Source: Escherichia phage vB_Eco_BCPEco_001
Direction: 5' to 3' (one strand)
Sequence record: PV295200.1
Length of the DNA stretch: 64,000 bases
Part shown: piece by piece, positions 43,462 through 53,078 of the stretch
Layout of the letters: every line of letters begins with the position of its first letter
How positions within the stretch are numbered: the stretch's first letter is position 1
Translations under genes and position numbers: made by a program
The notes under the pieces: model-generated
Database searches by the model: none
Told to the model about the DNA's origin: nothing
What the model saw: only the letters and a program-made list of their open reading frames with translations

Positions 43462-44088
43462 ATGTATGAATACAAATTTGATGTGAGAGTTGGTTCTAAA
43501 ATAATCAATTGTCGCGCATTCACGCTTAAAGAATATCTAGAACTTATTACTGCCAAAAATAATGGTTCAGTAGAAGTAGTTGTTAAAAAGCTAATCAAAG
43601 ACTGCACAAATGCAAAAGATTTAAACCGCCAAGAATCAGAACTATTGTTGATTCATTTATGGGCACATTCTCTCGGTGAAGTTAATCACGAAAACTCCTG
43701 GAAGTGCACCTGTGGAACTGAAATACCAACCCATATAAATCTATTACATACGCAAATAGATGCACCAGAAGACCTCTGGTATACACTGGGTGACATTAAA
43801 ATTAAGTTCCATTACCCCAAAATTTTTGATGATAAAAATATAGCCCACATGATAGTATCATGTATAGAAACGATTCATGCTAACGGGGAAAGCATTCCAA
43901 TTGAAGACTTGAATGAAAAAGAGTTGGAAGATTTATATTCTATCATCACAGAGTCAGATATTGTAGCTATAAAAGATATGCTTTTAAAGCCTACTGTTTA
44001 TTTGGCTGTTCCAATTAAGTGTCCAGAGTGTGGAAAAACCCATGCTCACGTAATAAGAGGACTCAAAGAATTCTTTGAGCTATTGTAA
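43462..44088 (+). CDS. 26: baseplate hub subunit gp26
   Basis: 208-aa ORF, same length as T4 gp26; divergent from gene 51. Confidence 0.85.
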   Translation: MYEYKFDVRVGSKIINCRAFTLKEYLELITAKNNGSVEVVVKKLIKDCTNAKDLNRQESELLLIHLWAHSLGEVNHENSWKCTCGTEIPTHINLLHTQIDAPEDLWYTLGDIKIKFHYPKIFDDKNIAHMIVSCIETIHANGESIPIEDLNEKELEDLYSIITESDIVAIKDMLLKPTVYLAVPIKCPECGKTHAHVIRGLKEFFELL

Positions 44089-44486
44089 TGGCAAATATTA
44101 ATAAGCTTTATTCTGATATTGACCCAGAGATGAAAATGGATTGGAACAAAGACGTTTCAAGATCACTTGGATTAAGGTCAATTAAAAATAGTCTTTTAGG
44201 AATTATTACAACAAGAAAAGGTTCAAGACCGTTTGACCCTGAATTTGGATGCGATTTATCTGACCAACTTTTTGAGAATATGACTCCTCTTACTGCTGAC
44301 ACGGTTGAGCGTAATATCGAAAGCGCAGTAAGAAACTATGAGCCACGTATTGATAAATTAGCAGTTAATGTAATACCGGTTTATGATGATTATACTTTGA
44401 TAGTAGAAATACGCTTTTCAGTCATCGATAACCCTGATGATATTGAGCAGATAAAACTACAACTGGCTTCCAGTAATAGAGTATAA
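44088..44486 (+). CDS. 25: baseplate wedge subunit gp25
   Basis: 132-aa [31 protein letters not shown]..., same length as T4 gp25. Confidence 0.9.
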   Translation: MANINKLYSDIDPEMKMDWNKDVSRSLGLRSIKNSLLGIITTRKGSRPFDPEFGCDLSDQLFENMTPLTADTVERNIESAVRNYEPRIDKLAVNVIPVYDDYTLIVEIRFSVIDNPDDIEQIKLQLASSNRV

Positions 44487-44512
44487 TGCTTCACGTATAA
44501 ACGTGGTATAAT
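44484..44512 (+). promoter_or_regulatory. MotA-type middle promoter for uvsY
   Basis: TAATGCTTCA box, 13-nt gap, TATAAT, ~40 nt upstream of ATG. Confidence 0.55.
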
Positions 44513-44552
44513 GAATCTAAGTCCATCCAATAACAATTGAATAGAGAACAAT

Positions 44553-44966
44553 ATGAGATTAGAAGATCTTCAAGAAGAATTGAAGAAAGATGTGTTTATA
44601 GATTCGACTAAATTACAGTATGAAGCAGCTAATAATGTGATGTTATATAGTAAATGGCTTAATAAGCATTCAAGTATTAAAAAGGAAATGCTTAGAATTG
44701 ATGCACAGAAAAAAGTTGCTCTTAAAGCTAAATTAGACTACTACTCGGGACGAGGAGATGGTGATGAATTTAGTATGGATCGTTACGAGAAATCAGAAAT
44801 GAAGACAGTTCTATCAGCTGATAAGGATGTTTTAAAGGTTGATACCTCGTTACAGTATTGGGGGATTTTATTAGATTTCTGTAGCGGAGCTCTTGATGCT
44901 ATTAAATCACGTGGATTTGCTATTAAGCATATTCAAGACATGCGAGCATTTGAGGCTGGAAAATAA
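44553..44966 (+). CDS. uvsY: recombination mediator protein UvsY
   Basis: 137-aa ORF, same length as T4 UvsY; MotA-type middle promoter upstream. Confidence 0.9.
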   Translation: MRLEDLQEELKKDVFIDSTKLQYEAANNVMLYSKWLNKHSSIKKEMLRIDAQKKVALKAKLDYYSGRGDGDEFSMDRYEKSEMKTVLSADKDVLKVDTSLQYWGILLDFCSGALDAIKSRGFAIKHIQDMRAFEAGK

Positions 44967-45190
44967 TGAGATATAACATTGATGATGCTTTTAATTATGA
45001 AGAAGAATTTGAAACGGAAATTCAATTCTTAATGAAAAAGCATAATCTTAAGCGTCAGGATATTTGTATCCTGGCCGACCACCCGTGTGGTGAAGATGTC
45101 CTTTATATTAAAGGAAAATTTGCCGGATATCTTGATGAATATTTTTATTCTAAAGATATGGGCATTGATATGCATATGAGAGTTGTATAA
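44966..45190 (+). CDS. hypothetical protein (uvsY.-1 position)
   Basis: 74-aa ORF overlapping uvsY stop. Confidence 0.5.
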   Translation: MRYNIDDAFNYEEEFETEIQFLMKKHNLKRQDICILADHPCGEDVLYIKGKFAGYLDEYFYSKDMGIDMHMRVV

Positions 45191-45193
45191 ATA
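45186..45193 (+). promoter_or_regulatory. late promoter (TATAAATA) upstream of 55-aa ORF
   Basis: Exact TATAAATA overlapping stop of preceding ORF. Confidence 0.45.
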
Positions 45194-45218
45194 GATATAT
45201 AATTCAGAGGAGACAATC

Positions 45219-45386
45219 ATGTCAGATAAGATTTGTGTTGTCTGTAAAACTCCAATCGATTCTGCATTGGTTGTTGAAACAGACAAAGGTCCTGTACATC
45301 CTGGGCCTTGCTATAATTACATTAAAGAACTACCAGTTTCAGAAAGTTCGGAAGAACAATTAAATGAAACACAACTTTTGCTATAG
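45219..45386 (+). CDS. hypothetical small Cys-containing protein (uvsY.-2 position)
   Basis: 55 aa MSDKICVVCKTPIDS...HPGPCYNY (CxxC...C); TATAAATA 26 nt upstream; below ORF-track cutoff. Confidence 0.4.
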   Translation: MSDKICVVCKTPIDSALVVETDKGPVHPGPCYNYIKELPVSESSEEQLNETQLLL

Positions 45387-45409
45387 TGTGACCTTTAGTC
45401 TATAGTTTT

Positions 45410-45438
45410 GGCCCTTCCTTTTTGGTTGGGCCTTTTTT
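45410..45438 (+). terminator. rho-independent terminator ending the uvsY operon
   Basis: GGCCC-13 nt loop-GGGCC followed by TTTTTT. Confidence 0.55.
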
Positions 45439-45441
45439 AAT

Positions 45442-45684
45442 TTAAAAGCTTTCTTCTACTTCATCATCTGAATCTTCTAATTCAGCTCTTTTTCCTGCCA
45501 AAGCATCTCTCACAGAGATGTCATCAGTATCTTTTAATTCAGTTTCTTTGACTCTTTTCTTATAATAAGCTTCAAGTTCTTCTAAACCTTCTAATGTTTG
45601 ACAAGAGGCAATTTTACCCATAAATTCATCAATAGAAGCTTCATAAAGAAATTGTTTAAATTCTAGTAACATCTTTTTCTCCAA
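45442..45684 (-). CDS. hypothetical protein (uvsW.1 position)
   Basis: 80-aa acidic ORF immediately downstream of uvsW. Confidence 0.6.
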   Translation of the reverse strand: MEKKMLLEFKQFLYEASIDEFMGKIASCQTLEGLEELEAYYKKRVKETELKDTDDISVRDALAGKRAELEDSDDEVEESF

Positions 45685-45697
45685 AGGGCCGAAGCCC

Positions 45698-47209
45698 TTA
45701 TAAATTAACTGTTTTCATTACGTAATTAAATTTTTCATCTGCGTAGCGCTGAATACGATCAATGCCGTGTTTTAAAAGATAGTTCAAATGAACATATTTC
45801 TTTTTTGTATTAGCAGATTTTGGCTTAACACCGCAATCATCTATGAGGTCCCAGACTGTTGCTATTGTCTTAGAACCATGCTTACGTAATACACGACCGA
45901 TTGTTTGCAATACAATGATTTTTGATTTAACACCGTGCGCTAAAACAACGTGATGCAGATTTTTAACTGAAATACCAGTAGAAAATACACCATAACTAGC
46001 TACTATAATTATTCCTTTACCATTTTCAGCTAAGGTTTTCATTATATTGCGGGTTTCGGTATCAACTTCCCCTGATACGTAATAAACTTTATCGTATTCA
46101 TTTTTAATTAAATCGAAAATAGCTTTACCGTGCGATACATGTTTAAACATGACAAAAGCGTTTTCATCTTTTTGCGCAAGCTTAATAGCTAATTTAGCGA
46201 TCCATTTATTTCTTTTACTAAGCCCAGTAATAATTTTTATTTCTTCTTGGTAAGTTTTTCCCTTTAATTTAGTAGTGAACTCATCGGGATAGCGAAGAAA
46301 AATACTATTAATTTTTAGCTCAGTTACTTGTCCATCTTCCATTAATTTAGAAGTCGTTACTGGCTTAAATATTTCACCAAACATTCCAACATACTGCATG
46401 ATATTGGCTTTGCCATCACGTAATGAACCTGATAGACCAAATTTAAACATACAGTTATTTAATCCTGATATGATAGATGAAATACTTTTTCCTGTAGCAA
46501 GATGGCATTCATCATTCATCATCATTCCAAACTGTGAGAACCATTCTTTTGGTTGTTTAACTACAGTTTGCCATGTACCAACGACGACTGGTGCATCATT
46601 TTTATATTTATCATCTTTTGATGCTCCGCCACCGATTTTCTTTATCATTGCATGACTGAATAAACGATAATCAACAAAGTCATCAGCCATCTGAGTTGTC
46701 AGAGCAGTTGTTGGAACAATGATAAGAATTTTACCTTCATAATTTTCCAAATAATATCGCGCAAGCAAAGCTTGAATTAAAGATTTACCCGCAGATGTTG
46801 GAAGATTAAGAATTCTACGACGATTAACTAATCCTTCGAACACTGCATCTTTTTGATACCAGTGTGGTTCAATTCTTTTATTTCCTGAATAGATTTCTAA
46901 TTTAGAAAGCCATTCATCAAAATCTTTTCTTGATAATTCTTCTTTTTCGTTAATTTGCGGGTCAATCCAGGCTTTATAGCCAAAATTATCACAGAACTTT
47001 TTAATTTGCCCGACTAAGCCGAATGGAAGAAGACGATTATAATCTAAAAGACGGATTCGTCCATCCCAGTTGCCATATCTGAAGCGAGGATTAAACCTAT
47101 ATCCATCAGCTTCAAAGCTAAAGAAATCACGGAGTTCATGAAATGTACTTTCTTCACAATCAATTCTCACGTGACTAAAATCATAAAAATGTACTTTAAT
47201 GTCAGTCAT
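45698..47209 (-). CDS. uvsW: UvsW RNA-DNA / DNA helicase
   Basis: 503 aa; SF2 helicase motifs (Walker A PTSAGKS, DECH box NDECHLA). Confidence 0.9.
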   Translation of the reverse strand: MTDIKVHFYDFSHVRIDCEESTFHELRDFFSFEADGYRFNPRFRYGNWDGRIRLLDYNRLLPFGLVGQIKKFCDNFGYKAWIDPQINEKEELSRKDFDEWLSKLEIYSGNKRIEPHWYQKDAVFEGLVNRRRILNLPTSAGKSLIQALLARYYLENYEGKILIIVPTTALTTQMADDFVDYRLFSHAMIKKIGGGASKDDKYKNDAPVVVGTWQTVVKQPKEWFSQFGMMMNDECHLATGKSISSIISGLNNCMFKFGLSGSLRDGKANIMQYVGMFGEIFKPVTTSKLMEDGQVTELKINSIFLRYPDEFTTKLKGKTYQEEIKIITGLSKRNKWIAKLAIKLAQKDENAFVMFKHVSHGKAIFDLIKNEYDKVYYVSGEVDTETRNIMKTLAENGKGIIIVASYGVFSTGISVKNLHHVVLAHGVKSKIIVLQTIGRVLRKHGSKTIATVWDLIDDCGVKPKSANTKKKYVHLNYLLKHGIDRIQRYADEKFNYVMKTVNL

Positions 47210-47238
47210 GTCTAAATACCATGTAATAAATATATCTA

Positions 47239-47246
47239 TATTTATA
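47239..47246 (-). promoter_or_regulatory. late promoter (TATAAATA) for uvsW
   Basis: Exact TATAAATA on minus strand ~30 nt upstream of uvsW ATG. Confidence 0.55.
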
Positions 47247-47259
47247 CTGAGGAAATATT

Positions 47260-47940
47260 ATGATAGATAAAGATTATATTGCAGAGCTGAAGGCTCTTGA
47301 TGATAACAAAGAAGCTAAAGCTAAATTAGCTGAATATGCTGAACAGTTTGGTATAAAGGTCAAAAAGAATAAATCTTTTGATAATATCGTTGTTGATATT
47401 GAAGAAGCCCTCCAGAAGCTCGCTAGTGAACCTATGCCGGAGACTGATGGGTTATCTATTAAAGACTTAATTGATGCTGCTGATGCTGCAGAGGGGTTAA
47501 AATATGACGATGAAGAAGTCAATCCAGAAGCAGCACTTCTGATTGATTCTCCGGTTAAATCTGACATTAAAATTGAAGTAGTAAAAACGGATAAAATTCC
47601 TGAAAATACCTCAGTTTTGATTGAAGATACTCCTTTTGTTGAAGAAAAATTCGAACAGGCTGTAGCTGAGATTATTGAATCTGAAAAGCCGTCTGTATTT
47701 ACTCTTCCGGAAAACTTTAGCCCAAATCTTCAGCTGATTGGAAAAAATCCAGGATTCTGTACTGTTCCTTGGTGGATTTATCAATGGATTGCTGAAACTC
47801 CGGATTGGAAATCTCACCCAACTAGTTTTGAACATGCGTCAGCACACCAAACTTTATTTAGCTTAATTTATTACATTAACCGTGACGGATCAGTTTTAAT
47901 TCGTGAAACACGCAACTCTTCTTTCGTAACATTAAAATAA
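47260..47940 (+). CDS. inh: Inh, inhibitor of prohead protease
   Basis: 226-aa ORF directly upstream of hoc, as in T4. Confidence 0.8.
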   Translation: MIDKDYIAELKALDDNKEAKAKLAEYAEQFGIKVKKNKSFDNIVVDIEEALQKLASEPMPETDGLSIKDLIDAADAAEGLKYDDEEVNPEAALLIDSPVKSDIKIEVVKTDKIPENTSVLIEDTPFVEEKFEQAVAEIIESEKPSVFTLPENFSPNLQLIGKNPGFCTVPWWIYQWIAETPDWKSHPTSFEHASAHQTLFSLIYYINRDGSVLIRETRNSSFVTLK

Positions 47941-47949
47941 GGATAACTT

Positions 47950-49370
47950 ATGACTTTTACAGTTGATATAACTCCTAAAACACCGACAGGGGGTTATTGA
48001 TGAAACTAAGCAGTTTACTGCTACACCCAGTGGTGAAACTGGAGGCGGAACTATTACATATGCTTGGACTGTAGATGATGCTCCACAAGATGGAGCTGAA
48101 GCAACTTTTGATTATGTATTAAAAGGACCTGCTGGACAAAAGACTATTAAAGTAGTTGCAACAAATACAGTTCCAGATACTGATGCTGAAACAGCAGAAG
48201 CTACTACAACTATCACAGTTCAAAATAAGACACAAACGACTACCTTAGCTGTAACTCCTAATAGTCCTCCGGAAGGAGTAATCGGAACAGCTGTTGAATT
48301 TACCGCTGCCTTAGATTCGCAGCCACCTGGCGCATCTGCTACGTATCAATGGCACGTTGACGGTTCTCCTGCGGGCGAAGCAACTTCTGCTACATTCAAT
48401 TACACTCCTACCACAAGCGGAGTTAAAACAATTAAGTGTGTGGCTCAAGTAACCGCAACAGATTATGATGCAAAAGAAGTTACTTCTAATGAAGTGTCAC
48501 TGACTGTTAATAAAAAGACACAGACAACTACCTTAGCCGTAACTCCTGATAGTCCTTCAGCTGGAGTAATTGGAACCCCCAGTTCAATTTACTGCTGCCT
48601 TAGCTTCTCAACCAGTTGGAGCGTCTGCTACGTATCAGTGGTATGTAGATGATTCACAAGTTGGTGGAGAAACTAACTCTACATTTAGCTATACTCCAAC
48701 TACAAGTGGAGTAAAAAGAATTAAATGCGTAGCCCAAGTAACTGCTGAAAATTACAATGAAAAGGAAGTTACTTCTAATGAAGTATCATTAACGGTTAAT
48801 AAGAAGACAATGAATCCACAGGTTACATTGACTCCTCCTTCTATTAACGTGCAGCAAGATGCTTTGGCTACATTTACCGCTAATGTCACTGATGCTCCAG
48901 AAGAAGCGCAAATTGCGTATTCATGGAAGAAAGATTCTTCTCCTGTAGAAGGGTCAACTAATGTATATACCGTTGATACCTCATCTATTGGAAGTCAAAC
49001 TATTGAAGTTACTGCAACTGTTACTGCTGCTGATTATGATAGCAAAACTATTACGGCAGAAGGTCAAGTTCAGGTAACTGATAAAGTTGCTCCGGAACCA
49101 GAAGGTGAATTACCTTATGTTCATCCTCTTCCACACCGTAGCTCAGCTTACATCTGGTGTGGTTGGTGGGTTATGGATGAAATCCAAAAAATGACTGAAG
49201 AAGGTAAAGATTGGAAAACTGAAGATCCAGATAGTAAATACTACCTGCATCGTTACACTCTTCAGAAGATGATGAAAGACTATCCAGAAGTTGATGTCCA
49301 AGAATCACGTAATGGATACATCATTCATAAAACTGCTTTAGAAACTGGTATCATCTATACCTATCCATAA
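47950..49370 (+). pseudogene. hoc: hoc (highly immunogenic outer capsid protein) interrupted by two +1 frameshifts; also carries an extra Ig-like domain
   Basis: ATG 47950 gives MTFTVDITPKTPTGG then stop at 47998; frame continues in +1 after a G5 run (47989-47993) and again in +1 after a C5 run (48576-48580); C-terminus ...GIIYTYP. Confidence 0.8.
48227..48803 (+). repeat. tandem duplication (2 x ~288 bp) inside hoc encoding two Ig-like domains
   Basis: Copies start AAGACACAAACGACTACCTTAGC (48227) and AAGACACAGACAACTACCTTAGC (48515); encoded 96-aa units ~78% identical. Confidence 0.8.
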
Positions 49371-49374
49371 TCGT

Positions 49375-49399
49375 AAGGGGCTTCGGCCCCTTTCTTCAT
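49375..49399 (+). terminator. rho-independent terminator after hoc
   Basis: AAGGGGC-TTCG-GCCCCTT followed by TCTTCATTTT. Confidence 0.65.
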
Positions 49400-49459
49400 T
49401 TTGAAAGCATACAAAACACAACTTGAGATTGATGTATATAATGGCACCAACTCGATAAC

Positions 49460-49675
49460 ATGAGATTGATTATGAGAACTGAGGTTGTGGTGTTTACTCT
49501 TCATGAGTCTGGAAAGTCATTCATTGAAATTGCTCGTGAATTAAACTTACAGGCAAAGGAAGTGGCTGTATTATGGGCTCGAGCTATGACTGCTAAGAAT
49601 AAATTTGAAACTCGAGAAAAAGTTGTCTATAGAAAAAGACATATCAATAAAAAGGTGAAAAATGGAACAGTATGA
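49460..49675 (+). CDS. hypothetical protein, possible helix-turn-helix (24.3 position)
   Basis: 71-aa ORF; GKSFIEIARELNLQAKEVAVLWARA looks like an HTH. Confidence 0.45.
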   Translation: MRLIMRTEVVVFTLHESGKSFIEIARELNLQAKEVAVLWARAMTAKNKFETREKVVYRKRHINKKVKNGTV

Positions 49676-49940
49676 TCTTTATGAAAATGAATCTTTTGCT
49701 AATCAATTACGCGAAAAAGCATTCAAAAGTAAACAGTTTAAGCTAGAGTGTTTTATTAAAGATTTTTCAGAACTTGCTAATAAAGCAGCTGAACAAGGTA
49801 AAACATATTTTAGTTATTATTGTACTGCTCGCGATAAATTGATTACTGAAGAAATTGGTGATTGGTTGAGAAAAGAAGGATTTAATTTTAAAGTCAATAG
49901 TGATCAGCGTGATGGTGATTGGTTAGAAATTACATTTTGA
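49662..49940 (+). CDS. hypothetical protein (24.2 position)
   Basis: 92-aa ORF. Confidence 0.5.
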   Translation: MEQYDLYENESFANQLREKAFKSKQFKLECFIKDFSELANKAAEQGKTYFSYYCTARDKLITEEIGDWLRKEGFNFKVNSDQRDGDWLEITF

Positions 49941-49949
49941 GGATTAATT

Positions 49950-50954
49950 ATGTTTAAAAAGTATAGCAGTCTTGAAAATCATTACAACTCTAAATTTATT
50001 GAAAAACTTTATAGCTTGGGATTGACTGGTGGGGAGTGGGTAGCTCGTGAAAAGATTCACGGCACAAATTTCTCATTGATTATTGAGCGTGATAAAGTAA
50101 CTTGCGCTAAACGTACTGGACCGATTCTTCCTGCTGAAGATTTCTTTGGGTATGAAATTATTCTAAAGAATTACGAAGATTCTATTAAAGCAGTACAAGA
50201 TATTATGGAAACCTCAGCGGTTGTATCTTATCAAGTCTTTGGCGAATTCGCTGGACCTGGCATTCAGAAGAATGTCGATTATGGCGATAAAGATTTTTAT
50301 GTATTTGACATTATTGTCACTACAGAAAGTGGTGATGTGACTTATGTCGATGATTATATGATGGAATCATTTTGTAATACATTTAAATTTAAAATGGCTC
50401 CACTTTTAGGTCGCGGTAAATTTGAAGAGCTTATTAAATTGCCAAATGATTTAGATTCTGTCGTCCAAGATTATAATTTTACAGTAGACCATGCCGGATT
50501 AGTTGATGCAAATAAATGCATTTGGAATGCCGAAGCAAAAGGCGAAGTATTTACCGCTGAAGGATATGTATTGAAACCTTGTTATCCTTCTTGGCTTCAT
50601 AATGGAAATCGTGTAGCCATCAAATGCAAGAATTCCAAATTTAGTGAAAAGAAAAAGTCTGATAAGCCTATTAAAGCTAAAGTTGAACTATCAGAAGCTG
50701 ATAACAAATTGGTGGGAATTTTAGCTTGCTACGTTACACTGAACCGAGTAAATAACGTTATTTCTAAAATTGGTGAAATTGGTCCGAAGGATTTTGGAAA
50801 GGTGATGGGACTAACTGTTCAAGATATTTTGGAAGAAACTTCTCGTGAAGGTATTACTCTAACTCAAGCAGATAATCCTTCTTTGGTTAAAAAGGAATTA
50901 GTTAAAATGGTACAAGATGTACTTCGTCCGGCTTGGATTGAATTGGTAAGTTAA
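49950..50954 (+). CDS. rnlB: RNA ligase 2
   Basis: 334 aa; nucleotidyltransferase lysine motif KIHGTN; same length as T4 Rnl2. Confidence 0.9.
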   Translation: MFKKYSSLENHYNSKFIEKLYSLGLTGGEWVAREKIHGTNFSLIIERDKVTCAKRTGPILPAEDFFGYEIILKNYEDSIKAVQDIMETSAVVSYQVFGEFAGPGIQKNVDYGDKDFYVFDIIVTTESGDVTYVDDYMMESFCNTFKFKMAPLLGRGKFEELIKLPNDLDSVVQDYNFTVDHAGLVDANKCIWNAEAKGEVFTAEGYVLKPCYPSWLHNGNRVAIKCKNSKFSEKKKSDKPIKAKVELSEADNKLVGILACYVTLNRVNNVISKIGEIGPKDFGKVMGLTVQDILEETSREGITLTQADNPSLVKKELVKMVQDVLRPAWIELVS

Positions 50955-50957
50955 ATA

Positions 50958-50988
50958 AAAAGGGACCGAAAGGTCCCTTTGTTTTATT
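50958..50988. terminator. bidirectional terminator between convergent rnlB and gene 24
   Basis: AAAGGGACC-GAA-AGGTCCCTTT followed by GTTTTATT. Confidence 0.65.
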
Positions 50989-52267
50989 CATCAACGATAA
51001 TTTTTGGTAGCTTAACACCTAATAAAACAGACAAATCTGAACGACCCGCCATTTTATCCATGTCTCCACCATCAATTACTCTTGCTTCTTTTTCATCTTT
51101 TGCTACGGTGTAAGGATTTGCAGATAAAGCATATCTAACTAATAAACCGATAGATGGCTGCAAACTTTCTGGGTCAACTACAACTTTAAATGCACCTACA
51201 TGTTCAGGGTCATCTAAGTCAAGACCTTCTGTATACGGAGCATAGAAAATTGACCCAACAATTTCTTTTTCACCGATATTTTCTACTACGCCAACGATTA
51301 CATAATCTAATGGGCTGTTAGTATCGCAATAAAGCGGTAAACCATTAGCTAAGAACCCGTAGGCATTTTGTGAAAGATACTTATCATCTTCTGGTTTATG
51401 TTTTAACCAACCAGATGCAGCAAGAATCGCAGCGGCACGAGCTGAAGCAACACAGAACGTTGCCGTATAAGTTGATTCTTTTTGGATATGCGAAACCATT
51501 TCACATACCATTCGGTATAATGAACGACCAGCTTCAGGTGCAGATGCATAACTCAAATCAATGAATCCAGTATCAGTAATTCCTGTAACTTTATAACGTT
51601 TTGATACTGTAATCAAAGACTGCAGAATATCTTTATTGATTTCATCTGCCATTTCAGTTGCAAGCAAATCTTCCAAGAAATTAGGAGCATCGAATCCATT
51701 TGCTTCTAAATCTTGCGCTAATTCAACTGTGATACCAGTTTTAAGTTTACGAGATTTAACTGCGGTTTGCCATTTATTAATCTGGAATCTAGCATCCGCA
51801 ATTTCACTATCAGAGCTTTCAAATTTGCTTGTTGACGCTGCGTCAGAAAATAGACGAACCTTTAAAAGAACAATTGCAATCTGAAGAGCTAATTCTAAAT
51901 CGCTTTCTTCAATATCAGCAAATGGTGTATCTTCTAATACTTTATAAACGATATTATTATATTTGAATAAATCGCCCTTATTGAGAGTTAATTTAGACTC
52001 TTCTGTTAATTCTGTGATTTGTTCTCGGTCTACATATCCAGCTTCGCCAGCGTAAGTAGCACCAGTTTTAAATGTAAATTCGTTGTCTGGGTTAAGGTAT
52101 TTGATACCATAAAAAGCAGCAACAGGTTGATTAGTTCTTTGCGTTGCTACAATGTCAGAATATATTAATTTAGTGGTAGCGCGAGTCAAAGCAACGAGAT
52201 TTGGGCGACCGATTGAGTTGCTATTCGTTGTGGTTGATTCGCGCAGAAGTTCGTTGATTTTAGCCAT
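50984..52267 (-). CDS. 24: head vertex protein gp24
   Basis: 427-aa ORF, capsid-protein paralog; same length as T4 gp24. Confidence 0.9.
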   Translation of the reverse strand: MAKINELLRESTTTNSNSIGRPNLVALTRATTKLIYSDIVATQRTNQPVAAFYGIKYLNPDNEFTFKTGATYAGEAGYVDREQITELTEESKLTLNKGDLFKYNNIVYKVLEDTPFADIEESDLELALQIAIVLLKVRLFSDAASTSKFESSDSEIADARFQINKWQTAVKSRKLKTGITVELAQDLEANGFDAPNFLEDLLATEMADEINKDILQSLITVSKRYKVTGITDTGFIDLSYASAPEAGRSLYRMVCEMVSHIQKESTYTATFCVASARAAAILAASGWLKHKPEDDKYLSQNAYGFLANGLPLYCDTNSPLDYVIVGVVENIGEKEIVGSIFYAPYTEGLDLDDPEHVGAFKVVVDPESLQPSIGLLVRYALSANPYTVAKDEKEARVIDGGDMDKMAGRSDLSVLLGVKLPKIIVDE

Positions 52268-52294
52268 TGTATTTTCCTTGTTGAAATATAATAC

Positions 52295-52302
52295 TATTTA
52301 TA
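52295..52302 (-). promoter_or_regulatory. late promoter (TATAAATA) for gene 24
   Basis: Exact TATAAATA on minus strand ~28 nt upstream of gene 24 ATG. Confidence 0.6.
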
Positions 52303-52308
52303 AAGTTA

Positions 52309-52337
52309 TTTACAAGACCAAAGTAATATGATATTAT
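52309..52337 (+). promoter_or_regulatory. sigma70-type early promoter for segD
   Basis: TTTACA, 17-nt spacer, TATTAT. Confidence 0.4.
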
Positions 52338-52365
52338 ATTCATATACAAATGGAGTAGTGTTTAA

Positions 52366-53029
52366 AATGAAATATTTAATATATCAAATTACTAATATCA
52401 TCAATGGAAAAATTTACATCGGAGCTCATGCTACTCTTGACGAAAACGATGGTTATATGGGTTCTGGCGTAAACATCAAAAAATCCATCAAAAAATATGG
52501 TATTCATAACTTTAAAAAAGAAATTCTTTATTCTTTCTCCTCATCTGAGGAGATGTATAAAATGGAAGCTTTACTAGTCAATGAGGAATTCGTTATGAGA
52601 ACTGATACTTATAATGCTGCTATTGGTGGTAGAGGAAATCCAGTTATAGTTCATTTGCAAGATCCTTCATATCGTAATATGTTATCAATGCGAACAAAAG
52701 AAGGAATGACTGCGGAAGCTAAACGAAAAATATCAAAGGCAAAAACAGGCGTTAAGCAATCTGATGAAACTATTACGAAGCGAGTTAAAGGGCGCAATGA
52801 ATATTATAAAACACATGTTCATCCACGAAAAAATAAACCTATATCGATTTCACATCGTAAAGCTATTTCTGAAAAACTTGGTGGTATTAAAAAATTTATT
52901 CCAATATGTATAAAGGGCGTTAAATTTGATAATCCTGATTACGCAGCGGAGCATTTTAAAGTTAGTCCTAAAACTATTCGCAATTGGATAAATGCGGATG
53001 ATATGCCTGATTGCTATCGTATAAAATAG
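52366..53029 (+). CDS. segD: free-standing GIY-YIG homing endonuclease (SegD-like)
   Basis: MKYLIYQITNIINGKIYIGAH... GIY-YIG motif; inserted between genes 24 and 23 on the opposite strand; ORF track start 52328 also possible. Confidence 0.75.
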
Positions 53030-53034
53030 AAAAA

Positions 53035-53052
53035 GGGAACCCGAAGGTTCCC
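53035..53052. terminator. bidirectional hairpin between convergent segD and gene 23
   Basis: GGGAACC-CGAA-GGTTCCC flanked by A/T tracts. Confidence 0.6.
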
Positions 53053-53078
53053 TAAAATTGTGTTTCTATCGTTAGAGA

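Noticed and set aside
47950-48000. Programmed +1 ribosomal frameshifting as an explanation for the hoc interruptions
   Set aside because: Two separate +1 shifts would be required, both in plain homopolymer runs without recognisable slippery-site or stimulatory-structure context; pseudogene or sequencing error is more parsimonious.
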